Assembly (NCBI GenBank): GCA_950097015.1
Contig: CATNEN010000039.1
Span: forward strand, 15,624,001-15,688,000
DNA length: 64,000 nucleotides
Direction: 5' to 3'
Source: Macrostomum hystrix
Lineage: Eukaryota; Animalia; Platyhelminthes
The notes under the pieces were generated by a model. It searched no databases. It saw only the letters and a list, made by a program, of their open reading frames with translations, and had not been told where the DNA came from. The position numbers were made by a program, and so were the translations under genes. Position 1 is the first letter of the stretch. Every line of letters starts with the position of its first letter. Positions 1-17,034 of the stretch are shown one piece after another.

Positions 1-2
1 TC

Positions 3-1594
<1,592 letters not shown>

Positions 1595-1847
1595 TTGTCC
1601 GATTCAGGAATTCGACTTAAAACTGATGGAACAGTTACCTACTGAGCTGTTTCCAAATTAGTTTGAAAGAGCTTGCTTGCATTATTCAGCTTAGTCTAGA
1701 CGGCTCCGGAATCGAATCTCCGGCAGGACTTTATTTTGCCTCTTGCTGTCAGATGTACTTTTATTGATTGAATATTCATTTCTCAGCACTAACCAGCTTA
1801 GTAATGTAATGTGAACGATTTTTTTCTATATGTAGTTTAGTTTAGTA

Positions 1848-1895
1848 ATTAAACACCTCTTTGAAAAACCATTGCTGTTGTTGCTTGTGTCTTTC
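1848..1895 (+). promoter_or_regulatory. Probable polyadenylation signal of the kinase gene
   Basis: ATTAAA at 1848-1853 followed by a GU-rich tract ttgctgttgttgcttgtgtcttt. Confidence 0.45.
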
Positions 1896-2089
1896 TGACG
1901 CTAGCCCGTTTTTCGCAAATTCGAATTTCGCTTTCAAGTAGTATGTATTGTCACTTGCTGAAGCGATAAAAAATTCCGCGAATCATCAACATGTGTCTCG
2001 CAAGCCATCCCGAAATATTCTCTTCAAAACAGTCGCCCGAAACAACCCCCTCAAGCACCCGTCAGATATAACACCCCAATACAACAGCC

Positions 2090-2548
2090 ACAAAAATACC
2101 CTCTAAAAACATCCGCCTCAAGACCACCCCAAAAACCCCTCTAAAAACACCCGCCTTAAAACAACCACCCCAAAGACCCCTCTAAAAACACCCGCCTTAA
2201 AACAACCACCCCAAAAACCCCTCTAAAAACACCAGCCTTAAAACAACCACCCCAAAAACCCCTCTAAAAACACCCGCCTTAAAACAACCACCCCAAAGAC
2301 CCCTCTAAAAACACCCGCCTTAAAACAACCACCCCAAAAACCCCTCTAAAAACACCCGCCTTAAAACAACCACCCCAAAAACCCCTCTAAAAACATCCGC
2401 CTTAAAACAACCACCCCAAAAACCCCTCTAAAAACATCCGCCTTAAAACAACCACCCCAAAAACCACTCTAAAAACACCCGCCTTAAAACAACCACCCCA
2501 AAAACCACTCTAAAAACACCCGCCTTAAAACAACCACCCCAAAGACCC
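2090..2548. repeat. 41-bp minisatellite CCCCAAAAACCCCTCTAAAAACACCCGCCTTAAAACAACCA
   Basis: About 11 copies, intergenic. Confidence 0.95.
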
Positions 2549-4109
2549 AACCACTTCCATTAAAGATGAGTCATTCATGTTTTCATCGTTCGCTTGTTAT
2601 TTTAACAAATGTTCCCTGTTTTTCTATTGAACAACAATGGCCTTTTAAAGTTTCATAATTAGCCTTGTTCATTCTTTGTTCCATTTCTCTCACCTGTTCA
2701 AGCTGGTCAATGAATTTGTGCCTAATAGTAAAGTACACATTTCTCAATTATAAATGCATTTTCTTTGCCGGTGGAATTAAAATGTAAAACAAAGGCTAAA
2801 AAAGACTGTAAGAAAAAAACTTGAAACAGATGTGCTTAAAGTACTTTATAATACGCGTTAATGTTACGGTGGTCAAAAAGCAGATATTCATAAAGATAGA
2901 TTCCCTGCTGCACGAAGATTATATTTTTATCAATCTCACATAACAAAATAGTTTGGAAGATTATTTCATTGATGTTTAGCTTCACGTGGGATTCCATGTG
3001 CAATTATTATTATTTAGCTTGTTAATCTGGAATGAGTTTGACTGCATAATTATTTTCTGCTCTTGTTTGGTCATCATTTTATTGATTATTAATTTAAGTT
3101 TGTGTGAGAAATACAAAAATTAACATAATACAATTGCTAGCTGTTGTGCTTTGTTATTCAATGCAATTTTGGAGAACATTTTGTGGATGACTTTTTTGTA
3201 TAATGTTTTTTTGAAAGTTACTAAAATGTCAGATGTCATAATATAATAGATACGTCCGTGTACACACATGTGTACATGCAAAAAAATTAACGAAATACCA
3301 AAAGACGGAATACAATAGTGTTTTCTGTGTGCAATTTCTTGGCTCAAATATTAAATAAAACAAATATATATATTTGATTTCTTTCAACAAAAAAAAAGAA
3401 ATCAATTTTCATGAATTTTTAAAAGAAAGTGTTCAGTGTTCAGCAGTTATATATCAGTTTTTAAAGCACTAAAATTACGAGAAAGCAAATGATTAGTTGA
3501 TTGCTTAAAATTAGTTTGATTATGGTTAATTATTATTATTTTTTATTTAATTATTAATTAATTAAATAATTATTAATTAATTCATTAATTATTTATTATT
3601 ATTTATTATTATTTGATTTGATTAGTGATTAAATAACTTGTAAACAGGTTTCTTCGAAGAAAACTTTTATCGAACAGCGTTTTCGATTCGAAAACTTTGG
3701 ATGCAATTAAGAAGATAAAATAGTGACAGTAAATCGGATTTTATAATGTAGCAATTAATTGCGTTTTTTCTGAAGTAAGAAAATAAAAAAAATCTGACAA
3801 CAAAGAAAATCAAGTCTCGAATTCTAGAATATGCGATCTAGAAAAAGCGTCATATTAGTGACCAATTAACTGACTTATAAGAAGTAAAAAATGAATCAGT
3901 GGTATACGCATCTGTGTTCATTTTCGAGTGAAAGATTAAAATCAGTTTTTTTCATGGCTCTCATAGATTTTAAGTCGATTCAATTTGCAGCTAGTTTTGC
4001 AAATTGTTCTACTTACAGTAGTTGGTTATTTTTTCGAATCACTAATATACGAGTGATAAATCTGATAAATCCTACAACCTTTAACAAAAAAGTGGACCAG
4101 CGGACTGCC

Positions 4110-4277
4110 TTAATTGATCGCGAACACCTGCACTCGCTGGTTATCGAAGTCGCAGACGTAGACCTCGCCAGCAACCTCGTCGACAGCCAAACCGCTAGGC
4201 GAGCGAAACTCACCAAATCGGGAGCCTTCAAAGCCGCAGGAAAATTGCCGACCGCTTGCCGGGTCCAGCACAGTAAT
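4110..4277 (-). CDS. RING-NHL last exon (canonical NHL repeat)
   Basis: ccgcag|ATT acceptor; ends RVQVFAIN-stop. Confidence 0.9.
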   Translation of the reverse strand: MTVLDPASGRQFSCGFEGSRFGEFRSPSGLAVDEVAGEVYVCDFDNQRVQVFAIN

Positions 4278-7200
4278 CTGCGGATGGGCGGCACTGCACA
4301 TCTAACTTCTGGTCTGTAAATTATTTCAATACCACGCCTAGACTCTTCAATGCAACACACAACCCACGCTTAAATTTGAACGCCTAACCCCACGTGAGAC
4401 GCACCATACGCCTAAATTCCAACTCTCACACCCGCGACACCCATCCCACGTTGAAATTTCAACTCCTACCCCTCACGACATCCACCCCACGCCGAAATTT
4501 AAACTCCTACTCCTCGCGAAACCCATCCAACGTTGAAATTTCAATTCCTACCCCTCACGACATCCACCCCACGCCGAAATTTAAACTCCTACCCCGCGCG
4601 ACACCCACCCGAAGCCTAAACTGTCAACTCCAACCCCTCACGACATCCACCCCACGCCAAAGTTTAACTCTTACCCCTCGTGAAACCCACCCGACGCGTC
4701 TTCTTGTCTTTCCTTACACGTTCTCGTACAACTGTTCGTATTAGCGTGTGAATTTTTTTAGATTTTTCTTGCATAAAATTTAGTTCTAACCTGGTGATAA
4801 TCCGTCTGATCGCCAGTAATGTACACTGCTCCAGAAGAATCCACATCTAGAAACCTGGGAGCAGACATATGCAGTCTGCTAATAGGTTGGAGGTTGTCTG
4901 CTCGATAAACGTGCAACTTGTAAGCGGTGTGATCAGCTACTAGTAGGCGGTTGCCAACGACGCAGACACCTGTCAGGTCGTCAGTAAACTCATCGTCGCA
5001 CAGGCTGCCTGTAGTACAACAGAAAGAAGGCTTTAGTACATAAAATAAGCAATCTGCATTAAATTTTGTACTGACCGAAAGTTAGGTTCTTTGGCACTTT
5101 GATAAAATCTACCCTTTGCATATTTTTAATCAGCTACTCTCATCAAAAAGCCCTCAATCTTTCATCGAATCTGTCACTCTCTCATCATCGAATCTGTCAC
5201 TCTCTCATCATCGAATCTGTCACTCTCCCAACATCGAATCTGTCACTCTCCCATCATCGAATCTGTCACTCTCCCATAATCGAATCTGTCACTCTCCCAT
5301 CATCGAATCTGTCACTCTCCCATAATCGAATCTGTCACTCTCCCATCATCGAATCTGTCACTCTCCCATCATCGAATCCCGCACCATCGTGACTGAAGCT
5401 GTCCAGATTAAAAATCTCCACGCAGCGCCGGTCGCCATTGACAACCAGCAGCCTTCGCCGATCCGGATCGGGCCAGAGGCCCATGGCCCAGCTGAAGCCG
5501 GCGAGCACATGCAGGCAGTGCCCAGTCAGGTCAGTCACGTACACGAACTCGGGCTCCGAGGCGAACAGCCGGTCGCCCAGGCAGCGGAGCCGTTCGAGAT
5601 TGCCGCGCGGCCGTCTTGGCGACAGTCGGAGCTCGCCTAGGCCGACACCTTCGGGCGAGACGGCGAGAAGGCGAGAGGAACCCGGCAGCAGGCAGTATAG
5701 GCACGGATTTGGCAGCGGGCGCCATTTGCCACCAGCCGGGCAGTACCGGACGTCGCTTTCGTAGTCGACGCCGCCAATTCCAGTGCGATGACACAGAGAG
5801 CCCGTGTGCCTGACGATGGCGATGTCCCAGACGTGAACTCCCGCCAGTTCGCGCGTCGGCGTCGCCGATGTCGGCTGACGTCGACGCAGCTTGATGCCAA
5901 CCAAGCTTCGCCGACTCGCCTTCGAGGGCGTCATTGTCGCCGTAGCCGCGGCCGGCAGAAGTCGCGACGCCGGCGGCGGGGCCTGCATCAGGTCGGCTGC
6001 TGCCGCGGCGGCGAATTCCCGCAGTCGCCCCAGTCGTTCGTCGCCGTCGGCGCCGTTCTCGCCGTCGACGTCGCCGTCGACGTTCCAGCCTAGAGCGCCT
6101 TGGCGGGCCGACTCAATTCGGTGTTGCAGCCCTCGCGCAGTCGATGCCAGTAGCTGTGTTGGCTTTGACGATGCCGCTGACATCCCTGACGCCGACGATG
6201 ACGACGACGAGGCGAAGGCGCGAAGACGCTCTGCGCCAAGTCGCAATTTGTGCAGAGCGTCCGCCTGCTCCAGCGCCTGCTGCTGAGCCCGCAGACGGCG
6301 GCTGCGCTGATCCCGACGTAGGCTGTCAGCCTGGGGTCATGATTGACAGTCGGGTCATTATGAGCTCAGTCATTCTTAAAAATAGGATGAGTCATCGTGA
6401 ATAGGGTCATTGTGAATTAGGTCATTATGAATTAGATCGTTGTGAATTGGGTCATTGTGAATTGGGTAATTGTGAATTGGGTCATTGTGAATTGGGTAAT
6501 TGTGAATTGGGTCATTGTGAAATGGGTCATATCGCCCAGCTCACCCACCTCCCGATCAATGGCTTTGTGACACTCGGCAACAAACTCGTCCAGCCTCCGT
6601 GCCTCATCGCGCCAACTCAGCAGCTGCCGCTGCAGCAGCTCGCCGTTGTTGACGAGAATCCTCTCCGCCTCGGCCAGCGACACTTTGCTCGGCGGCTGCG
6701 GTGGCGCCGCCTTCGCCGATGACTCGCCGTCGACCTCAAGCGCGACCTCGCCTAGTCGTCGACGTTGTTTTCGCCGTTCTTCAGATAAGTTTGCCTTCTC
6801 GCCGTCGGTTTTGTCGTTGTCTGAATTGTCCGAGTCGCTGACTTCCTCGGAGTCGCCGCCTTCAACGTGGCCGTTCAGCGTCGCCGTTGGCGAAGCCTTC
6901 GCCGCTGGCGTCTCTCGCCATCGCTCAAGCCGCCTAGCCGCCGCATCATCGCGAGCCAGTAGCTCCGTCGGCAGGCGGCCGACCTCGCCGCAGACGGCGC
7001 ATTCGCCATCTGGAGCGTAGCATCGCCGACAGACGGGATGTCGACAGCCAGGCCACTGGCGAGGATCCTCCAGCAGCTGCAGGCAGCGCGGGCAGGCAAT
7101 CCATCCGGCTTCGTCCGCTTCGACAGTGGCGGATGCTTCGGTGACTGTGTCGCCGTTTAATCTCGACGGCGACGCATCGCCGAAGTTGGAGGCAAGCTGG

Positions 7201-8222
7201 TCTGCGAATTGCAGAAGAAAATGCGTCTTGAGAAATCTTATCTCCCCCCTATGAGATCTATAGGAGGTTCTAGCTGTGTGGTTAGAGTGTCAGACTCACG
7301 ACGTGAAGGTCGGGGGTTCGATTACCGACTGCACTGGAACAATTTGTGTCCTTTAGCAAGACACTTCACTCTTAATTGCTACGATTCACCCAGCTATTAA
7401 ATGGGCACCAGCATTAGCTGGCGTAATGGAGGATTAATTGAGGATTAATTGAGGATTAATGGAGGATTAATTGAGGATCCTCAATTAATTAATTATAATT
7501 ATACTATTATTATTACTATTATTAATTATATTACTCTCCCGATTATATCTAATCTCTCTCCCGATTATATCTAATCTCTCTCCCGATTATATCTAATCTC
7601 TCTCCCGATTATATCTAATCTCTCTCCCGATTATATCTAATCTCTCTCCCGATTATATTTAATCTCTCTCCCGATTATATCTAATCTCTCTCCCGATTAT
7701 ATCTTATCTCTCTCACGATTATATCTTATCTCTCTCACGATTATATCTTATCTCTCTCACGATTATATCTAATCTCTCTCACGATTATATCTTATCTCTC
7801 TCACGATTATATCTTATCTCTCTCACGATTATATCTTATCTCTCTCACGATTATATCTAATCTCTCTCACGATTATATCTTATCTCTCTCACGATTATAT
7901 CTAATCTCTCTCACGATTATATCTTATCTCTCTCACGAATGTATCTTATCTCTCTCCTCATTAGGTCTGATCTAACTCCCTACGAGATCTAATCTCTTTT
8001 CCAATGAGATTTAATCTATGGCCTTCCAAGATCTCTAATCTCCTCCTATTTGATCAAGGTTGCACGCATAAAATATAATATCTAATCTCTTCTCTTATCT
8101 ACTCAATCTCTTCTTTACAATTATTGGTCTCATCACTCGCAGAATTAATGAAGCTAACAAAAATTGCAATATTCGATCTCACCTGTTCTCACTTCCACAT
8201 GCTTGGTTGGTGAAGATCCCAT
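4110..8222 (-). CDS. RING finger / coiled-coil / NHL-repeat protein (TRIM-NHL-like, probable E3 ligase), 674 aa; exons 8222-8183, 7201-6549, 6330-5385, 5008-4791, 4277-4110
   Basis: Five exons join in frame (2025 nt; phases 1,0,1,0; all GT-AG). C3HC4 RING CPRC..EDPRQWPGCRHPVCRRC..CAVC, a helical LLQRQL..ALEQADALHKL region, and a canonical NHL repeat GEFRSPSGLAVDEVAGEVYVCDFDNQRVQVF. Confidence 0.85.
4370..4695. repeat. Degenerate C-rich repeat (about 40/81-bp period) in RING-NHL intron 4
   Basis: Recurring CCCCTCACGACATCCACCCCACGCC..AAATTTAAACTCC. Confidence 0.75.
4791..5008 (-). CDS. RING-NHL exon 4 (NHL-like blades)
   Basis: tacag| acceptor; encodes LTGVCVVGNRLLVADH...PRFLDVDSSGAVYITG; CAG|gttaga donor. 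Confidence 0.85.
5163..5378. repeat. 23-bp minisatellite ATCGAATCTGTCACTCTCCCATC (RING-NHL intron 3)
   Basis: About 9 copies starting about 5 nt from the donor. Confidence 0.95.
5385..6330 (-). CDS. RING-NHL exon 3 (coiled coil, linker, divergent propeller blades)
   Basis: ccccag|GCT acceptor; in frame with ORF 5335..6246; G|gtgcgg donor. Confidence 0.85.
6395..6530. repeat. 15-bp minisatellite GTGAATTGGGTCATT (RING-NHL intron 2)
   Basis: About 8 copies. Confidence 0.9.
6549..7201 (-). CDS. RING-NHL exon 2 (RING, acidic/basic linker, start of coiled coil)
   Basis: ttcgcag| acceptor; open frame with C3HC4 motif; GAG|gtgggt donor. Confidence 0.85.
7262..7427 (+). mobile_element. tRNA-derived SINE, 3'-truncated (second family)
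   Basis: A box TAGCTGTGTGG (7271), B box GTTCGATTACC (7316), CORE-like GTGTCCTTTAGCAAGACACTT; homologous to 22644-22722. Confidence 0.7.
7535..7960. repeat. 22-bp minisatellite TCTCTCTC(C/A)CGATTATATCT(A/T)A (RING-NHL intron 1)
   Basis: About 19 copies. Confidence 0.95.
8183..8222 (-). CDS. RING-NHL first coding exon (MGSSPTKHVEVRT)
   Basis: ATG at 8222; CAG|gtgaga donor; phase 1 matches the next exon. Confidence 0.7.
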
Positions 8223-8906
8223 TCGTTTTCTTAGAATCGATGCGAACTATAAGCCTGTTGGCCAGACGCCATTTGAGCAAGAAGGTGAATATCCTTACTT
8301 ACATCGTTCCTTTTATCTGCCTGCGTTTTAAAATTGATTAGACTTTATAGATAAAATCAAGAGAATTGCACTGAGTTTGAGAACTTAAACCAGGGTGGAG
8401 TACTGTGCTTAAGTTAGTCGACTAAGGGTTGCTATGCTCACTGAGAATCAAAGTGGAAGACTAACTGCCTCACCATCCAATGCCCTCTCTAACCCTCATT
8501 GTCCACCAGTTCCACTGGCCTACAGGAGGCTGGGTACACACGTCACACCCAGTTGGAAGGACAGTACTGCTTGCTGTACAGTGAAATGAGTTGGAGAGTG
8601 TGTTAGACGGAGAAAATTTACAACATCTCTTCCCACCCCGACTCTGCTTGCTTGCTTTCCAGTCTCGCCTTATACCTGTTGGCGCACCAGGGCGCAATCT
8701 CTACCGTGTACCATAATAGAGAAGTAGTAACATTTGGGATAAGGGGAGAACTGGTAGGCTGCCCTGAAAATTGGTTTGGTTGAAGAAGAAGCTGAAAGTA
8801 CTCAATTATGCAGCGGATGCTATTTTTAGATCTCAGGTTTAAACTGGCTACAAGTTACAATTTTAGCTAAACTCACCTTTCCTAAATCTAGCCTCCACGG
8901 CTTCTT

Positions 8907-11425
8907 GATCTAGTCTCTCCCATCCAGATCTAATCTCTCCCATCTAGAGCTAGTCTCTCTCATCCAGATCTAGTCTCTCCCATCCAGATCTAGTCTCTCC
9001 CATCCAGATCTAGTCTCTCCCATCCAGATCTTGTCTCTTCCATCTAGAGTTAGTCTCTCCCATCAAGATCTAGTCTCTCCCATCCAGATCTAGTCTCTCC
9101 CATCCAGATCTAGTCTCTCCCATCCAGATCTAGTCTCTCCCATCCAGATCTAGTCTCTCCCATCCAGATCTAGTCTCTCCCATCAAGATCTAGTGTCTCC
9201 AATCAAGATCTAGTCTCTCCCATCAAGATCTAGTCTCTCCCATCTAGATCTAGTCTCTCCCATCAAGATCTAGTCTCTCCCATCCAGATCTAGTCTCTCC
9301 CATCTAGATCTAGTCTCTCCCATCTAGATCTAGTCTCGCCCATCTTGATCTAGTCTCTTCCAGCTAGATCTAGTCTCTCCCATCTAGATCTAGTCTCTCC
9401 CATCTACGAGCTAGATCTAGTCTCTCCCATCAAGATCTAGTCTCTCCCATAAAGATCTAGTCTCCCCCATCCAGATCTAGTCTCTCCCATCCAGATCTAG
9501 TCTCTCCCATCAAGATCTAGTCTCTCCCATCCAGATCTAGTCTCTCCCATCAAGATCTAGTCTCTCCCATCCAGATCTAGTCTCTCCCATCCAGATCTAG
9601 TCTCTCCCATCAAGATCTAGTCTCTCCCATCCAGATCTAGTCTCTCCCATCTAGATCTAGTCTCTCCCATCTAGATCTAGTCTCGCCCATCTTGATCTAG
9701 TCTCTTCCAGCTAGATCTAGTCTCTCCCATCTAGATCTAGTCTCTCCCATCTACGAGCTAGATCTAGTCTCTCCCATCAAGATCTAGTCTCTCCCATCCA
9801 GATCTAGTCTCCCCCATCCAGATCTAGTCTCTCCCATCCAGATCTAGTCTCTCCCATCCAGATCTAGTCTCTCCCATCAAGATCTAGTCTCTCCCATCCA
9901 GATCTAGTCTCTCCCATCAAGATCTAGTCTCTCCCATCCAGATCTAGTCTCTCCCATCCAGATCTAGTCTCTCCCATCAAGATCTAGTCTCTCCCATCCA
10001 GATTTAGTCTCTCCCATCTAGAGCTAGTCTCTCCCATCCAGATCTAGTCTCTCCCATCTAGAGTTAGTCTCTCCCATCTGAATATAGTCTCTCCCATCAA
10101 GATCTAGTCTCTCCCATCCAGATCTAGTCTCTCCCATCTAGATCTAGTCTCTTCCATCTAGAGTTAGTCTCTCCCATCTGAATATAGTCTCTCCCATCAA
10201 GATCTAGTCTCTCCCATCCAGATCTAGTCTCTCCCATCTAGATCTAGTCTCTCCCATCTAGATCTAGTCTCGCCCATCTTGATCTAGTCTCTTCCAGCTA
10301 GATCTAGTCTCTCCCATCTAGATCTAGTCTCTCCCATCTACGAGCTAGATCTAGTCTCTCCCATCAAGATCTAGTCTCTCCCATCCAGATCTAGTCTCCC
10401 CCATCCAGATCTAGTCTCTCCCATCCAGATCTAGTCTCTCCCATCCAGATCTAGTCTCTCCCATCAAGATCTAGTCTCTCCCATCCAGATCTAGTCTCTC
10501 CCATCAAGATCTAGTCTCTCCCATCCAGATCTAGTCTCTCCCATCCAGATCTAGTCTCTCCCATCAAGATCTAGTCTCTCCCATCCAGATTTAGTCTCTC
10601 CCATCTAGAGCTAGTCTCTCCCATCCAGATCTAGTCTCTCCCATCCAGATCTAGTCTCTTCCATCTAGAGTTAGTCTCTCCCATCTGAATATAGTCTCTC
10701 CCATAAAGATCTAGTCTCCCCCATCCAGATCTAGTCTCTTCCATCAAGATCTAGTCTCCCCCATCCAGATCTAGTCTCCCCCATCCAGATCTAGTCTCTC
10801 CCATCAAGATCTAGTCTCTCCCATCAAGATCTAGTCTCTCCCATCCAGATCTAGTCTCTCCCATCCAGATCTAGTCTCTCCCATCCAGATCTAGTCTCTC
10901 CCATCAAGATCTAGTCTCTCCCATCCAGATCTAGTCTCTCCCATCTAGAGCTAGTCTCTCCCATCCAGATCTAGTCTCTCCCATCCAGATCTAGTCTCTC
11001 CCATCTAGATCTTGTCTCTTCCATCTAGAGTTAGTCTCTCCCATCTGAATATAGTCTCTCCCATCAAGATCTAGTCTCTCCCATCCAGATCTAGTCTCTC
11101 CCATCAAGATCTAGTCTCTCCCATCAAGATCTAGTCTCTCCTATCAAGATCTAGTCTCTCCCATCAAGATCTAGTCTCTCCCATCCAGATCTAGTCTCTC
11201 CCATCCAGATCTAGTCTCTCCCATCTAGATCTAGTCTCTCCCATCTACGAGCTAGATCTAGTCTCTCCCATCAAGATCTAGTCTCTCCCATCAAGATCTA
11301 GTCTCCCCCATCCAGATCTAGTGTCTCCCATCCAGATCTAGTCTCTCCCATCTAGATCTAGTCTCTCCCATCTACGAGCTAGATCTAGTCTCTCCCATCT
11401 AGATCTAGTCTGTCCCATCTAGATA
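8907..11425. repeat. 20-bp satellite AGATCTAGTCTCTCCCATC(C/A/T) between the divergent RING-NHL and TDH genes
   Basis: About 125 copies with higher-order blocks. Confidence 0.97.
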
Positions 11426-12243
11426 TGTTCTCGTCTCGTCTTTGCAGATTTTTTTATTTTGAATTTCACCAACTTTAACTTATAAAATTATGTGTGAAGA
11501 ATGATGCGATTTCGCATTTTACATCTTCTGTTGCCTACATAGAGTAGCTTACGGCTATTGTGCAAGACGTTTTATTCTTCCTTACAATGAACATTTTGTA
11601 ACACTACTTGCAGTAGTTTAAAATCAAACAGAAAAAAGCAGAACTAAGAACAAGTTAAACTTTATTAAGATCCAGGCAAAGAGACAGACAGACAGACGTT
11701 AGTTTGCTGGGCTTCAAATCAATTCATACAAAATAATCGATACTGACTGTAGCATAGTCCCCTCATGCCTCTATTCACTCATTGTCACACTACCAACTGA
11801 ATTGAGCATGTTGAATTTAGAGTATGAGCACAGTAAAGAAAACGAGAGAACAGATCGCCTGAGCGCCGGCGAAGAAGACAGACAGACCAGAAAAGCTAGA
11901 AAAGAAAATCAGTTTTCTTTTCGAGTCCAATTGTGAGCTGTGCTCAGTATAGTTTTAGCGAATGTCGATTCGTGCGCGGCCGCAACCCAGGGGGTGTGGT
12001 CGCACGGGCGGAGGTTGGGCTGGGCTGCATCGGCACGCTGTCTTGCCTAAAGCGCATACCACTTTCTGCATTGCTCTGGAGTAGAAACGAGAGAACAGTT
12101 GAGCAGTTGGACTAGCTCATAATGGCCTCTGTTGAGCTTTTAGAATAAAAGAAGACGAAAGAATATAAAAACCTACATAGCCTACACATTCACGCAGCGT
12201 CTATTAATAACTGTTCTCTAACTCTAGCATCTGCAGTTGATAG

Positions 12244-15145
<2,902 letters not shown>

Positions 15146-15244
15146 TTTAGGAGGTGTTTTTAACAATATTTTTCTTTTTAGGAACAATTAAGACTTCCTC
15201 TTCTGAATCTCTTATCCTCAAATCCTCAGTAAATTCTACATTTT

Positions 15245-16215
15245 TCATCCCTCCAAATCCTCCCAGAATCCCATATTCTTCATCCCTTCAAATCCTCCCA
15301 GAATCCCACATTCTTCATCCCTTCAAATCCTCCCAGAATCCTACATTCTTCATCCCTTCAAATCCTCCCAGAATCTCATATTCTTCATCCCTTCAAATCC
15401 TCCCAGAATCCCATATTCTTCATCCCTTCAAATCCTCCCAGAATCCCACATTCTTCATCCCTTCAAATCCTCCTAGAATCCCATATTCTTCATCCCTTCA
15501 AATCCTCCCAGAATCCCACATTCTTCATCCCTTCAAATCCTCCCAGAATCCCACATTCTTCATCCCTTCAAATCCTCCCAGAATCCGATATTCTTCATCA
15601 CTTCAAATCCTCCAGAATCCCACATTCTTCATCCCTTCAAATCCTCCTAGAATCCCACATTCTTCATCCCTTCAAATCCTCCCAGAATCCCACATTCTTC
15701 ATCCCTTCAAATCCTCCCAGAATCCGATATTCTTCATCCCTTCAAATCCTCCCAGAATCCGATATTCTTCATCCCTTCAAATCCTCCCAGAATCCGATAT
15801 TCTTCATCACTTCAAATCCTCCCAGAATCCCACATTCTTCATTCATTTAACTCCTCCAGAATCCCACATTCTTCATCCCTTCAAATCCTCCCAGAATCCC
15901 ACATTATTCATTCATTTAACTCTTCCAGAATCCCACATTCTTCATCCCTTCAAATCCTCCCAGAATCCCACATTCTTCATTCATTTAACTCTTCCAGAAT
16001 CCCACATTCTTCATCCCTTCAAATCCTCCCAGAATCCCACATTATTCATTCATTTAACACTTCCAGAATCCCACATTCTTCATCCCTTCAAATCCTCCCA
16101 GAATCCCACATTATTCATTCATTTAACTCTTCCAGAATCCCACATTCTTCATCCCTTCAAATCCTCCCAGAATCCCACATTCTTCATTCATTTAACTCTT
16201 CCAGAATCCTATCTT
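15245..16215. repeat. 35-bp minisatellite CAGAATCCCACATTCTTCATCCCTTCAAATCCTCC, 3' of TDH
   Basis: About 28 copies; alternating dimer in the distal part. Confidence 0.95.
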
Positions 16216-17034
16216 CTTCGTCATTTTTAATTCTCCGAGAATCCGACATTCTTCATTCCTTCCAATCCTCCCGTAATCTCATCCTCCTTATTCACTGTGC
16301 TGTCCTGTTCTCGAATCACACAGTTAGCCATAGTTTGTAGCAAGGCTAGTTCGCCAAAATAACCGCTTCCCCCATATTTTAAGCATTTTTGGGGCGCATT
16401 GGCTATGTCCGCAAATAAGGACACCAGCACTAAATTATTTTAAGCAGACTTCTGCTTACCTTGCCAAAAAAATAATACGTAGCTTTTTTCGATTCAGCTT
16501 ATAGAACTGAAAATGATATTTAGATTACTAAATGTGTTTTACTCTACTCAAAAGAACCTGTCCAGTAGCATGCTGCAAATATTTCTTTTAAAAAAGCTGT
16601 TTGACAAAAAAAATTGTGCTTCAACCGTCCCGAAAATGCGTATGTGGGTTAGGTAAATTAGTTTCATCACTTTTTAGTGCCAAATCTATCCGACAAATTG
16701 ACTTCTGCTATGCAAATCACAATGCACGACCCTCAATAGACTATTGTTGATCTTTTTTGTTTGTTTCTTTGACTGTGACCAGATTTAACCGAAAAGTCGA
16801 CAACAAGCGAACAGTAAAGAAAAGTGTTTCAAATACAATTTTCTAGTTTGCCATCCGTGATTTTGCCCCAATTTATTTACTAAAATCGTTGCCTTACACA
16901 CAAAAGCTCAACTACCTTCCGTACTCCAGCCATCCAGCATCCATTGCATTAACTTTCGTCTGCTTTCAAGCAGCAAGCCGAAGCAAAAATAATCGGCCAA
17001 AAAATTTCAAGCAGACCGCGAGATTGCCCAGTCC

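Noticed and set aside
5389-7099. Plus-strand and alternative-frame ORFs over the RING-NHL exons
   Set aside because: They are shadow ORFs of GC-rich coding sequence; the minus-strand spliced frame explains the region.
7265-7335. tRNA gene
   Set aside because: A and B boxes are present, but there is no acceptor stem or full cloverleaf and it continues into a SINE-like body shared with another locus.
8455-8720. Possible transposon fragment or exon (higher-GC unique stretch)
   Set aside because: No terminal repeats, TSD, recognisable protein motif or second copy in the window.
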